IMG/VR virus record: IMGVR_UViG_3300046459_000548
Location: 28,200-92,199 of that record
Strand: one strand, 5' to 3'
From: a virus
DNA length: 64,000 nucleotides
Shown here piece after piece: positions 17,000-26,314 of the stretch. The position numbers were made by a program, and so were the translations under genes. The notes under the pieces are model-generated. The model searched no databases. It saw only the letters and a list, made by a program, of their open reading frames with translations, and was not told the DNA's origin. Every line of letters starts with the position of its first letter. Position 1 is the first letter of the stretch.

Positions 17000-18121
17000 G
17001 TGCCGTCCTTCAGTAGCCTCTCCGACAACTTCAACGACGGCGTGATCGGCCCGAACTGGGGAAACTCCTACGGCGGTGCCAACGAGACCGGCGGGCAGGC
17101 GCGCGTCCCCTGCGTGGCAGGCTCCTACGGCGGCTATCAGACCGCCTACTCGTGGACGCTCGCCGGCGCCACCATCTTCATGAAAGTCGTCACCGTGCCT
17201 GCCGCATCGACAGCGACGGACGCGTACTGCGGGGTCCTCGTCAACGCCCCCGATATCGCCACGAGCGGCGTCCGTATCGGGTTCACGATCAACGCCGTGA
17301 CGGGGATGCTGCGGATGCAGTCCGACACCGGCTACTACGACCCCACCGGCGTCGAGATCACCTACGATCCGGTGGCACACGCCTTCCTGAGGCTGTCCGA
17401 AGACGGCACCAACGTGCACTGGGACACCAGCCCCGACGGCACCACATGGACCAACCGGCGCACCCTCGCGACCCCGGCCTGGATTCCCGCCAGCATCGAC
17501 ACGTGCGCCCTCGACATGTCCGCACACCGCGACGCCGGAACCACCGACTATGCGGCCTACGACCTGTTCAACACCCTGTCCGACGGCGCCGTATACACCG
17601 GCAGCGGCAGCGGGACGGCCCAGTCGACGGTCACCGCCGCAGGTATCCACATCGGCGTCGGCAGCGGCAGCGGCAGCGCGCAGACCGCGTCCGCCGCCAG
17701 CGGACTCGCCGTCTATCACGGCTCGGCTATCGGCAGCGCCCAGACCGACGCGGTGGCCTCCGCCTCAGCCGGACCCGAATACCCGGAGGTGGCCGGATTG
17801 AGCGCGGGCGACTGGGACCTCTACATCGAGCAGGGCAGCACGTTCGTTCAGACGTACACGGTCACCGACCCCGGTTTCACCTGGGATGGCTGGGCTGCGC
17901 GTGCGCAGATCAGGGCGACAGCCGCGACGGACGCCGAACTCCTCCTCGATCTCACCTCGCACCTCACCGTCACCGGCCCTGCTATCCGCCTGGCGATCCC
18001 CGCATCCGTGACCGAGACCCTGACCCGTAACGGCCGCTGGGACCTGGAAGTTTTCCAGGGCGCCACGGTGGTGCGCCTCCTCAACGGGAAGGCGACCGTC
18101 TCCCCGGAGGTGACCCAGTGA
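17000..18121 (+). CDS. Putative fibre protein: lectin-like domain, Gly/Ser/Ala 20-aa repeats, C-terminal BppU-like domain
   Basis: DNFNDG...TSPDGTTW; GSGSGTAQS repeats; DLYIEQGSTF...ARAQIR...WDLEV...LLNGKATVSPEVT. Confidence 0.75.
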   Translation: MPSFSSLSDNFNDGVIGPNWGNSYGGANETGGQARVPCVAGSYGGYQTAYSWTLAGATIFMKVVTVPAASTATDAYCGVLVNAPDIATSGVRIGFTINAVTGMLRMQSDTGYYDPTGVEITYDPVAHAFLRLSEDGTNVHWDTSPDGTTWTNRRTLATPAWIPASIDTCALDMSAHRDAGTTDYAAYDLFNTLSDGAVYTGSGSGTAQSTVTAAGIHIGVGSGSGSAQTASAASGLAVYHGSAIGSAQTDAVASASAGPEYPEVAGLSAGDWDLYIEQGSTFVQTYTVTDPGFTWDGWAARAQIRATAATDAELLLDLTSHLTVTGPAIRLAIPASVTETLTRNGRWDLEVFQGATVVRLLNGKATVSPEVTQ

Positions 18122-21100
18122 AACTCGAGGTCACAGGCGAGCGGCCCGTCGACGCCATCAACGTCACCAGCGGCCAGCAGTCCACCGTCATCGACGTCAC
18201 TGCAGGAACCGTCACCTCCGTCAACGGCCGCACCGGCGCCGTCACCATCAGCTCCAGCGACGTCGGCGCCCCCGACTGGATCAACGTCGTGCAGCGGGGG
18301 GCAGTAGGCGACGGCATCGCCGACGACACGGCAGCCCTCCAGGCCGCCATCGACGCCTGCCAGCCCGGCGGAACTGTGTACCTGCCGCGCGGCGTCTACA
18401 AGACGACCGCCACGCTGGACCTGAAGAACGGCGTCACCCTGCGCGGCTCCCACGCCAACCTGATGGTCGGGCCCGGCATGGGCGATGCCGACTACCCGTG
18501 CTACATCCAGGCAGCCGGCCCGTTCACCGGCACCTCGGTGATCCAGATCATCGGTGACGCCGACGGCATCCATCCGGCCATCTCCGGTGAGCAGCGCATC
18601 CTCAACCTGATGATCGACGGCTCCCAGCTCGGCGGATCGTCGGTCGACGGTCTGTTCGCCCGCGGTAACGTACAGAACGTCGTCCTCGACAACGTGACGA
18701 TCCGGCAGATGCCGAACAACGGGATCGTCACCGCGAGCCGCGGCGACGGCACGTTCCCGTACTCGTGGCGCCTCCACCATGTCATGGTCGACAACTGCCA
18801 CGCCAACGGCATTCTCTTCACCGGCAATACGGATATCACGCTCGACGACGTGCAGGTCATCGGCTGCTGGGCGCAAGGCTTCGTCCTCACCAACTGCACG
18901 AACGCCCAGCTCATTGCCTGCCGGGCCGAATGGATGGGCAGCCACGGCTACCACCTGACCGGCGCTTGGGGAGACTGGGCCGGATCCGGCGGCATGCAGA
19001 TGACCGGCTGCTCCACCGACCGCAACGGCCAGCACGGCGTCCTCGTCGACGCCACCGGCAACACTCCGATCCTCATCTCCAGCCTCCAGACCCGCCGCGA
19101 CGGCCGCAACGGCGGCGCCGGCGGCGGTGGATACGCCGGCCTGGCCGTCATTGGCGCCACCGTGCCCGTCACCATCGACGGCATCAACTGCTACCCCGGC
19201 GTCGACGACGGAGGCGCTTCCATCAACTCGCCGCAGTACGGGGCGCGCCTGTCCGGTTCCTCCACGGTCACGCTCGACAACGCGCTCCTGCACGCCGACA
19301 CCGCGGGCCTCCTCGATGACGGCACCAACACCCTGATCTCCCTCGGCTCCAACATCGTCACCGCTGCGGGTGCCACCACCTCCACGGCCCGCACCCTACG
19401 GCCGCGCATCCTCGACTGGGTCAACGTCAAGCAGCGAGGCGCCAAAGGCGACGGCACCACCGACGACACTGCCGTCATCCAGGCGGCCCTCACCGCGGCG
19501 CAGCCCGGCGACACGATCTACCTGCCGGCCGGTACCTACCGGACGAGCGCGCCCCTCACGGTGCCGCCCGGCGTCACGCTCCGCGGCTCGCATGGCGATC
19601 ACTTCGACAACCTCACCGGCTGGACGCAGGTCAACGCCCGCATCAAGCCGCTCGCGACGTTCTCCGGGGTGGCCTGCATCCTCATCCTGGACGCGCCCCT
19701 CGGCGGGTATGCGGCCAAGTCGTGCGAGCAGCGACTCCTGGACCTCACCCTCGACGGCACCGCCCTGCCCGGCGGCAACACGGTCGACGGCATTCAGGCG
19801 CAGGGCACCATCCGGGGGATGATCTACGAGAACCTGTCGATCAAGAAGTTCGGCGGGCACGCGATCTACTTCACCTACAACTTCTCGGCCCCGCCAGGCC
19901 TCCCGCAAGCCCCGTATTCGAACCGGCTGCGCCGCATCGTCGCCTCCGACTGCGGCGGCAACACGTACTCCTTCAACAACATGACCGACTCGACGCTCAT
20001 GGACGTCGAGTCGATCGGCAGTGCGGGCTACGGCTTCTTCTTGTCCGGCTGCGGCAACAGCACCCTCATCGCCTGCCGTGCCGAATGGAATCTCCGCGGC
20101 TTCCACATCGTGCCCGGCAACGCGCAGCTGTCCCTGATCGGCTGCTCGACGGACCGCAACACCCAGAACGGCATGCTGATCACCGGTGGCAGCGCGGGTG
20201 CCACGGTGGCCATCACCAACGCACGGTTGAACCGGGATGGCCGCAACGGCAACAGCGGCGGCGGAGGCTACGCAGGCCTCACCGTCGACACCTGCCCCGC
20301 CATGGTCGTCGCCACCGACATCAACGTCCTCACCGGCGTCGACGACGACGGCAGCGGAACCCGCAGCCCCCAGTACGGCGTCAACGTCCTCGGCTCCGCC
20401 TACGTTGCTGTTACCAGCGGCATCCTCAACGCGGCCACCACCGGATTCCGGGACGGCGGCACCAACACCACACTGCTGCGCGGCCCCAACGTTGGCGAAC
20501 TCGTCGGCAACCCCGCGTCGCCCAGCTCGACCACGTCCTACGGGCTGCGCTCCACCCCGACCGCAGCCCAGTTCATCGACAGCTCGGCCGTCGCGCACAA
20601 CCTCATCCGGCCCTCCGCGCCGCTGCCCGTGGACCACGGCTTCCTCGCCTGGGCATACGACCCTTCACCCGCCGGAACCTTCACGGTCTTCACTGGCGGC
20701 GTCATCCAGCTCGTCCGCATCCCCATCCGGGCGACCCGCACCATCACCAACATCTGCCTATACATCGGTACCGCAGGCAACACCCTCACCGCAGGCGCCA
20801 GCTGGGCAGGCCTCTATGACTCCACTGGAGCCCGCCTCGGCCAAACCGCTGACCAGGCCGCCGCGTGGATCAGCACCGGCCTCAAGACCATGGCCATCGC
20901 GGGCGGCCCGGTCACCTTGAACGAGGGCTACTACTGGGTTGCCTGCGTGTCCACCGGCACCACCATCCCCGCCCTCCTGCGGGCATCCGGTGTCGGCGGA
21001 GGCCCTATCAACGTCGGGCTCAGCGCGTCGAACACCAGGTTCGGAACGTTCGGCACCAGCCAGACGACGCTGCCGACGACGATCACGCCCGGCTCCATCG

Positions 21101-21138
21101 GACAGGCCAACAACGCCTACTGGGCGGCCCTGAGCTAA
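18118..21138 (+). CDS. Tailspike/depolymerase with two tandem pectate-lyase-like beta-helix domains
   Basis: VTSVNGRTGAV; WINVVQRGAVGDGIADDTAALQAAI (18277) and WVNVKQRGAKGDGTTDDTAVIQAAL (19417). Confidence 0.88.
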   Translation: MKLEVTGERPVDAINVTSGQQSTVIDVTAGTVTSVNGRTGAVTISSSDVGAPDWINVVQRGAVGDGIADDTAALQAAIDACQPGGTVYLPRGVYKTTATLDLKNGVTLRGSHANLMVGPGMGDADYPCYIQAAGPFTGTSVIQIIGDADGIHPAISGEQRILNLMIDGSQLGGSSVDGLFARGNVQNVVLDNVTIRQMPNNGIVTASRGDGTFPYSWRLHHVMVDNCHANGILFTGNTDITLDDVQVIGCWAQGFVLTNCTNAQLIACRAEWMGSHGYHLTGAWGDWAGSGGMQMTGCSTDRNGQHGVLVDATGNTPILISSLQTRRDGRNGGAGGGGYAGLAVIGATVPVTIDGINCYPGVDDGGASINSPQYGARLSGSSTVTLDNALLHADTAGLLDDGTNTLISLGSNIVTAAGATTSTARTLRPRILDWVNVKQRGAKGDGTTDDTAVIQAALTAAQPGDTIYLPAGTYRTSAPLTVPPGVTLRGSHGDHFDNLTGWTQVNARIKPLATFSGVACILILDAPLGGYAAKSCEQRLLDLTLDGTALPGGNTVDGIQAQGTIRGMIYENLSIKKFGGHAIYFTYNFSAPPGLPQAPYSNRLRRIVASDCGGNTYSFNNMTDSTLMDVESIGSAGYGFFLSGCGNSTLIACRAEWNLRGFHIVPGNAQLSLIGCSTDRNTQNGMLITGGSAGATVAITNARLNRDGRNGNSGGGGYAGLTVDTCPAMVVATDINVLTGVDDDGSGTRSPQYGVNVLGSAYVAVTSGILNAATTGFRDGGTNTTLLRGPNVGELVGNPASPSSTTSYGLRSTPTAAQFIDSSAVAHNLIRPSAPLPVDHGFLAWAYDPSPAGTFTVFTGGVIQLVRIPIRATRTITNICLYIGTAGNTLTAGASWAGLYDSTGARLGQTADQAAAWISTGLKTMAIAGGPVTLNEGYYWVACVSTGTTIPALLRASGVGGGPINVGLSASNTRFGTFGTSQTTLPTTITPGSIGQANNAYWAALS

Positions 21139-21146
21139 GGAGCGCC

Positions 21147-21854
21147 ATGGCCGACGACCTTCTCGTCATCATCCCGACCCGCGGCAGGCCCGGCGCCGTG
21201 CCGGAGATCGTGCAGACGTGGGACGACACCGGGGCCACGGCCGACCTGCTGTTCGCGGTCGACACCGACGATCCGGAGCTCGCCGCGTACAAGAAGCACG
21301 CCGCCGCGCTCAAGGGTGACAGGCGGGTGCGGTTCACGTTCGGCAAGCGGCGCCGCATGGTCGGCACGCTCAACACGCAGGCAGTGAAGGCGGCGAAGAG
21401 CTATCGGTTCCTCGCCTTCCTCGGAGACGACCATCGGCCCCGGCCAGCCGACCGTCCGTGGGACGCCCGCTTCCGCGAGTGCCTGTCGGGCGGGCCCGGC
21501 ATCGTCTACGGCAACGACCTGCTGCAGGGCGAGAACATGCCGACGGCCGTCGCGATGACGTCGGACATCGTGGCCACACTGGACTACATGGCGCCGCCCG
21601 CGATGGTGCATCTCTGCGTCGACCTGGTCTGGAAGGACTGGGGGACCGGCATGCAGCGGATCACCTACCTCGACGACGTAATCATCGAGCACCTGCACCC
21701 GGCGAACGGCAAGGCCGAGGTCGACGCGGGCTACGAAGAGGTCAACAGCCCCGAGCAGGTGTCCAGCGACTCAGCCGCCTACTACGACTACCGCGACAAC
21801 GGCGGCCTCGAAGCCGACCTGGAGAAGCTGCGAGCGCTCGTCGCGTCCGCCTGA
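21147..21854 (+). CDS. GT-A fold (GT2-like) glycosyltransferase
   Basis: VIIPTRGRP...VDTDD...FLGDDH...IEHLHP; RBS AAGGAG. Confidence 0.8.
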   Translation: MADDLLVIIPTRGRPGAVPEIVQTWDDTGATADLLFAVDTDDPELAAYKKHAAALKGDRRVRFTFGKRRRMVGTLNTQAVKAAKSYRFLAFLGDDHRPRPADRPWDARFRECLSGGPGIVYGNDLLQGENMPTAVAMTSDIVATLDYMAPPAMVHLCVDLVWKDWGTGMQRITYLDDVIIEHLHPANGKAEVDAGYEEVNSPEQVSSDSAAYYDYRDNGGLEADLEKLRALVASA

Positions 21855-21894
21855 CCCACAACACCCATACGCCTGCGGCTGATCCCCGCAGGAA

Positions 21895-21928
21895 GGAAGC
21901 CCCGGCGGCCCCGAGCTCCGGGGCTTCC
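21895..21928 (+). terminator. Hairpin
   Basis: GGAAGCCCCGG...CCGGGGCTTCC. Confidence 0.6.
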
Positions 21929-21947
21929 GCATATCTCGGGAGCCCCA

Positions 21948-22394
21948 ATGGACGTGCAGTTCACCGACCGATATGAGGCGCTCGGCATCGAGCCCCCCAG
22001 CCTGCTCACCGTCTGTCGAGGGCAGTGCGAGGGAACGGGTGTCGTGCCCGTGTTCATGGACACGCCCACGGCGGCCCAGCGACGAGGGCGCAACGGAATC
22101 GTGGGCCCGGACGAAACGGACCCAGAACTGATCAGGCAGTGGCGCATTGCCGAGGCGCTGGACCCCAGCGACGACGGATGGCACTTCGTTACCTGCCCAC
22201 GGTGCATCGGGACGGGGAAGCGCAGAGGCCGCTTCCCGCGCCTTCACAACCTGCCGAATCTCGTCCACTGCCAGTGGCGATTCTTCAGAAGTTGCATTCT
22301 CAACATGGACTGCCGAGTCGACCCGGATGCTCGCTGGTCGAGGGTCAAGCACCTGAAGCTCGCGGTGCCCATCCTCTTCGGTAGGCGTCCGTGA
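21948..22394 (+). CDS. Hypothetical protein with split DnaJ-type Zn-finger motifs
   Basis: CRGQCEGTG and CPRCIGTG. Confidence 0.6.
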   Translation: MDVQFTDRYEALGIEPPSLLTVCRGQCEGTGVVPVFMDTPTAAQRRGRNGIVGPDETDPELIRQWRIAEALDPSDDGWHFVTCPRCIGTGKRRGRFPRLHNLPNLVHCQWRFFRSCILNMDCRVDPDARWSRVKHLKLAVPILFGRRP

Positions 22395-23263
22395 TGCGCG
22401 TCCTCCTCACCGGCCACAAGGGGTTCGTAGGTCGTCACCTGCACGCCGCACTCGAAGCTCAAGGCGACGACGTGACCGGCATCGACCTCGCCGACGGCAG
22501 TGGTGACGCCCTCGACTTCTTCCGGACCGACGACACCCGCTACGACCTCGCGGTCCACGCTGCGGCGATCGTCGGCGGCCGGGCCAGCATCGACGGATCG
22601 CCCCTCAGTGTCGGCACGAACCTGGCCCTCGACGCCTGGTACATGCGCTGGCTCATCCGCACCGGAACGCCGAGGGCCGTGTACTTCAGCTCGTCTGCCG
22701 CGTATCCGGTCGCGCTTCAGCAGCCCGGCGACGTGCGGCGTCTGTACGAAGAGGACATCAATCTCTCGTACATGGAAGAGCCCGACGCCACCTATGGCTG
22801 GGCGAAGCTGACGGGGGAGAAGCTCGCCTCCTACGCCGAAGCCGAAGGTTGCCGCATCCTCATCCCGCGCCCGTTCAGCGGCTACGGCGAAGACCAGGAC
22901 CAGGCGTACCCGTTCCCGGCCTTCATCCAGCGGGCCAAGCGGCGCGACGACCCGTTCGAGATCTGGGGATCCGGCGACTCCACACGCGACTGGATCCACA
23001 TCGACGACCTGATCGGCGCCACCCTTGCACTCCTCGACGCCGACGTCACTGGGCCCGTCAACCTCGGCTGGGGCAGGGCGACCAGCTTCGACGAGCTCGC
23101 CCGCATCGTGTGCTCGGCCGCCGGCTACCGGCCGCATCTGAAGCACCGGGCAAACGCACCCCGAGGCGTCCACCACCGCGTCAGCGACCCGGCACGGATG
23201 CTCGACCACTACGTACCCACCGTGACCCTCGAAGAGGGTGTGCGGCGGGCGCTCGAAGCCTGA
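22391..23263 (+). CDS. NAD-dependent nucleotide-sugar epimerase/dehydratase (extended SDR)
   Basis: TGHKGFVG, SSSAAY, YGWAK, WGSGDSTRDWIHIDD. Confidence 0.93.
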   Translation: MMRVLLTGHKGFVGRHLHAALEAQGDDVTGIDLADGSGDALDFFRTDDTRYDLAVHAAAIVGGRASIDGSPLSVGTNLALDAWYMRWLIRTGTPRAVYFSSSAAYPVALQQPGDVRRLYEEDINLSYMEEPDATYGWAKLTGEKLASYAEAEGCRILIPRPFSGYGEDQDQAYPFPAFIQRAKRRDDPFEIWGSGDSTRDWIHIDDLIGATLALLDADVTGPVNLGWGRATSFDELARIVCSAAGYRPHLKHRANAPRGVHHRVSDPARMLDHYVPTVTLEEGVRRALEA

Positions 23264-23276
23264 CGGGAGGCACCGC

Positions 23277-23480
23277 ATGAATGCCGCGCAGCAGTTCGGC
23301 TACCGCCACATCCCCAGCTTCAAGCGCGAGGAAGGCGGCCTCTACAACCTGTACGTGGGCGTCTACTCGCGGGTCTACGCCGCCCGCATGCGCTACCTCC
23401 ACAAGCGTGGACGCCACGGACGCGGCGCCCCACACAGCATCGCTCCGCGCTGCCAGTGGTGCGGCGACCCCATCACCTGA
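23277..23480 (+). CDS. Small hypothetical protein
   Basis: GGAGG RBS; C-terminal CQWC. Confidence 0.55.
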   Translation: MNAAQQFGYRHIPSFKREEGGLYNLYVGVYSRVYAARMRYLHKRGRHGRGAPHSIAPRCQWCGDPIT

Positions 23481-23498
23481 ACCCACGGAGCCCGCGCC

Positions 23499-23711
23499 AT
23501 GGCCAGGTATCTGATCTGCCATCCGATCGGGCAACAGCGCGAGGACATGCTCCTCGAAGACGACGCGCTCACCCTCGAATTCATCGGCGATTGGGCAATC
23601 TTCAGCGACGCCAGCGGCATCTGCCTCGCCATCCCGGCAGCGCAAGGCGCCCACATACAGCGGGTCGACGAGGACCAGGAGCCGCAGGTGCAGAGGAGTG
23701 ATGTCGCATGA
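23499..23711 (+). CDS. Small hypothetical protein
   Basis: GGAG RBS; coupled to the next gene. Confidence 0.6.
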   Translation: MARYLICHPIGQQREDMLLEDDALTLEFIGDWAIFSDASGICLAIPAAQGAHIQRVDEDQEPQVQRSDVA

Positions 23712-23971
23712 CCGCAGGACGCGAAGCCACCCCCAAGGATGCGGCGGCAACCGAGCGACTCATGCGCTACTGGGCGGAAGGGGCCGGCGCAGCGAAGATC
23801 CAATGGGGCGTGCCGGGAGACTTCGATCGCTGCGTGGTCGAACTCGGGAAGTACGTCAGCCCCAGTGTCGTGAAGGGCCTATGCAGCAGCCTCCACGTGC
23901 GGGCCACAGGTGCGCGGCCGGGCCACGCTCCTGGCGAAGAGGCCGCGGGTAAGACGAAGGACGGCGGCTGA
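23708..23971 (+). CDS. Conserved-looking actinophage hypothetical protein
   Basis: YWAEGAGAAKIQWGVPGDFDRC...GLC..LH motif. Confidence 0.7.
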   Translation: MTAGREATPKDAAATERLMRYWAEGAGAAKIQWGVPGDFDRCVVELGKYVSPSVVKGLCSSLHVRATGARPGHAPGEEAAGKTKDGG

Positions 23972-24282
23972 TGGGCAGCCAGGGCCGGCGCTCAGCACCG
24001 CTTCCCAAGGGCTGGCACCGCATCCGTGCCCGCGTCCTCAGGCGTGACCGCTGGGTGTGCCAGTGGCCCATCATCACGGGCGGCATCTGCGGCGAACCCG
24101 CCAACCAGGTCGACCACAAGGTCGGCGCGGCACAAGGCGTCGACGACCATAGCGATGCGAACCTTTGGGCGTTGTGCGAGTGGCACCACAACCAGAAGAC
24201 CGGGCGCGAGGCATCGGCCGTGGCTCACGCGCTACAGCCGAGAGCAAGGCCACAAGAGAAGCACCCAGGGTTCATCAACTGA
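23971..24282 (+). CDS. Packaging-associated HNH endonuclease (HK97 gp74-like)
   Basis: VLRRDRWVC...VDH...NLWALCEWHHNQKT...HPG; lies upstream of the terminase. Confidence 0.88.
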   Translation: MGSQGRRSAPLPKGWHRIRARVLRRDRWVCQWPIITGGICGEPANQVDHKVGAAQGVDDHSDANLWALCEWHHNQKTGREASAVAHALQPRARPQEKHPGFIN

Positions 24283-24299
24283 CCTGGGACAATGGGGAG

Positions 24300-24992
24300 A
24301 TGAAGCCCTGTCTTGTCTGCGCCACGCCCATTGAACGAGGCAGACGCAAGGGCGGGCCGCTTCCCACCTATTGCTCAACGGCATGCAAGAACAGGTCACG
24401 CCAAGAGCGCGACCGCGAGAACGGCGTCACGGAGACGCGCAAGCTTCAGGCCCGCGAGAAGGCCGAGCGGCACCGTGCTCAACGTCCCGTCCGTCCCTGC
24501 CCGTACTGCAGCGACCCCATGGCCGGCAACCGTCGGAAGCAGTGCGGCAAGACTGAGTGCGTGAAGCGGGCCAAGGCGGATCGCATGCGGGAGTACATGC
24601 GCACGCGTAGGGCTGACCCCGAGATTGCTGCCAAGCATCTTGAGTACGACCGCAAGGCGCAGCAAAAGCGCCTTGAGACAGTGGGCCATTGGCGCACGGT
24701 CTACCCCGAGCATGCGGCCCGCCTGGATGCCCAGCGCCGCATGCTTATACAGGTCGCCACAGTCGAGGAGTTCGCACCTCGCGATGTCTATGAGCGCGAC
24801 GGGTGGGCGTGCCGGCTCTGCTCTCTACCCATCGACCCGACTGTTGCCTGGCCCGACTCCATGAGCGCATCGGTCGACCACGTCGTGCCCCTGTCTAAGG
24901 GCGGCGAGCACTCCATGGCCAACACGCAGGCCGCCCACCTCGGGTGCAACAGCCGCAAGGGTGATCGACTGGCCGGCCGGGATCTCGCGTGA
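24300..24992 (+). CDS. HNH endonuclease with N-terminal Zn motifs
   Basis: YERDGWACRLC...VDHVVPLSKGGEHSMANTQAAHLGCNSRKG. Confidence 0.88.
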   Translation: MKPCLVCATPIERGRRKGGPLPTYCSTACKNRSRQERDRENGVTETRKLQAREKAERHRAQRPVRPCPYCSDPMAGNRRKQCGKTECVKRAKADRMREYMRTRRADPEIAAKHLEYDRKAQQKRLETVGHWRTVYPEHAARLDAQRRMLIQVATVEEFAPRDVYERDGWACRLCSLPIDPTVAWPDSMSASVDHVVPLSKGGEHSMANTQAAHLGCNSRKGDRLAGRDLA

Positions 24993-25230
24993 TCACGATT
25001 CCAAGATCACCTGGGGGGTCCCCCCAAGATCATCAAAATTTACGGATCGGCCACGTTAGCAAGGCTGGGCGTGAGCAACACTGGGACTTGTTGATCATGG
25101 GCTGACCTGCGGTGATGCGAAAGGCGTCATGGTGATCTATCGCACGGCTCGAAAGGCCGGCGACTTGACCTGACATCATTTCCGCACGTCAGAGGCTTGT
25201 AGCCGTTACGCATAGCCGCTACGCTGGTGC
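24993..25230. other. Candidate cos/packaging initiation region
   Basis: Non-coding, lower GC, between the HNH genes and the terminase. Contains TGGGGGG-T-CCCCCCA, two CCAAGATCA copies and candidate overhang CGGCCACGTTA (25048-25058). Confidence 0.5.
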
Positions 25231-25231
25231 C

Positions 25232-25834
25232 ATGACGACGAAGCGCTGCGAGCACTGCGGGGGACCACTTCCGGTCCTGGCTCGCGGTGACGCGCGCTTC
25301 TGTTCGGGTCGTTGCCGCACCGCGGCCTGTCGCCGGCGACAGCGGGCGACAGATCCGGTTCCTTCGGCGATGACTCGGCGCCGACAGTGGGTGCGACACA
25401 CGGACCGGAAGGTGCCACTGGCTGTTGGCCGGCGGCACGTCGGGCCTGCATCATCGACTGATTCGTCGACGTGGGCCACGTACCGCACCGCAGACCGGTC
25501 ACCGGCAGGGCAAGGCCTGGGGTTCGTCCTCACCGCCGAGGACCGCATCGTGTGCATCGACTTGGACCACGCCATGCGCGACGGTGAACTGCTGCCGTGG
25601 GCGCGGAACATCGTGGACCGTCTGCCAGCCTCGTACATCGAGGTGTCGCCCTCCGGGACCGGGCTGCATATCTGGGGGACTGGCGAGGTTGGCCGGGGCC
25701 GGAAGGTTCGCCGCGGCGAGGTCGCGATCGAGGTGTATGACCGGGCCCGGTACATCACGGTGACCCGTCAGCCGTTTGAAGATGCTCCGTCGAAGCTCGC
25801 CGACCTGTCGAAGGTAATTGCCGACTTGCTGTGA
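25232..25834 (+). CDS. Solo primase-polymerase (AEP, NrS-1-like) domain with N-terminal Zn finger
   Basis: CEHC...FCSGRCR; GLGFVL...CIDLDH, EVSPSGTGLHIW, EVYDRARYITVT; no helicase domain. Confidence 0.82.
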   Translation: MTTKRCEHCGGPLPVLARGDARFCSGRCRTAACRRRQRATDPVPSAMTRRRQWVRHTDRKVPLAVGRRHVGPASSTDSSTWATYRTADRSPAGQGLGFVLTAEDRIVCIDLDHAMRDGELLPWARNIVDRLPASYIEVSPSGTGLHIWGTGEVGRGRKVRRGEVAIEVYDRARYITVTRQPFEDAPSKLADLSKVIADLL

Positions 25835-25847
25835 GGGGGTGGCCCTG

Positions 25848-26306
25848 ATGGCTGGTCGCGGCATGGCACCGAAGGCGACGCGCTCGCGTTCGACGGACGC
25901 CAAGGCCCGGGATGCGGAGATGCGGCGCATCGAGGACGACGGCGAGTTGCGCGGACCTCCCCTGCCTGAGGGAGTCCTCCCGGATGGTGAGGACTGGCAC
26001 CCTCGAACTCGGCAGTGGTGGGACACCTGGCGAAGGTCTCCGCAAGCTCAGACGTTTATCGACACCGACTGGGACTTCCTTCTCGACACGGCACTTCTCC
26101 ACGCGATCATGTGGAGCCGCGGTAGATGGGAATTCGCCTCCGAGGTCCGTCTGCGGGCCGCGAAGTACGGGGCGACGCCGGAGGACCCGATGCGCCTGAA
26201 GTTGAAGATCGAGACTCCGGCGGACAGGCAGCCTCCTGCCGAGACGCCGCGGACGACGTCGGATCGTCGTAAGAACCTGCGGATCGTTGACGACGCCGCC
26301 GGGTAG
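25848..26306 (+). CDS. Terminase small subunit
   Basis: WHPRTRQWWDTWRRSPQA...TDWDFLLDTALLH...EVRLRAAKYGATPED; precedes TerL. Confidence 0.85.
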   Translation: MAGRGMAPKATRSRSTDAKARDAEMRRIEDDGELRGPPLPEGVLPDGEDWHPRTRQWWDTWRRSPQAQTFIDTDWDFLLDTALLHAIMWSRGRWEFASEVRLRAAKYGATPEDPMRLKLKIETPADRQPPAETPRTTSDRRKNLRIVDDAAG

Positions 26307-26314
26307 GGGGTGCC

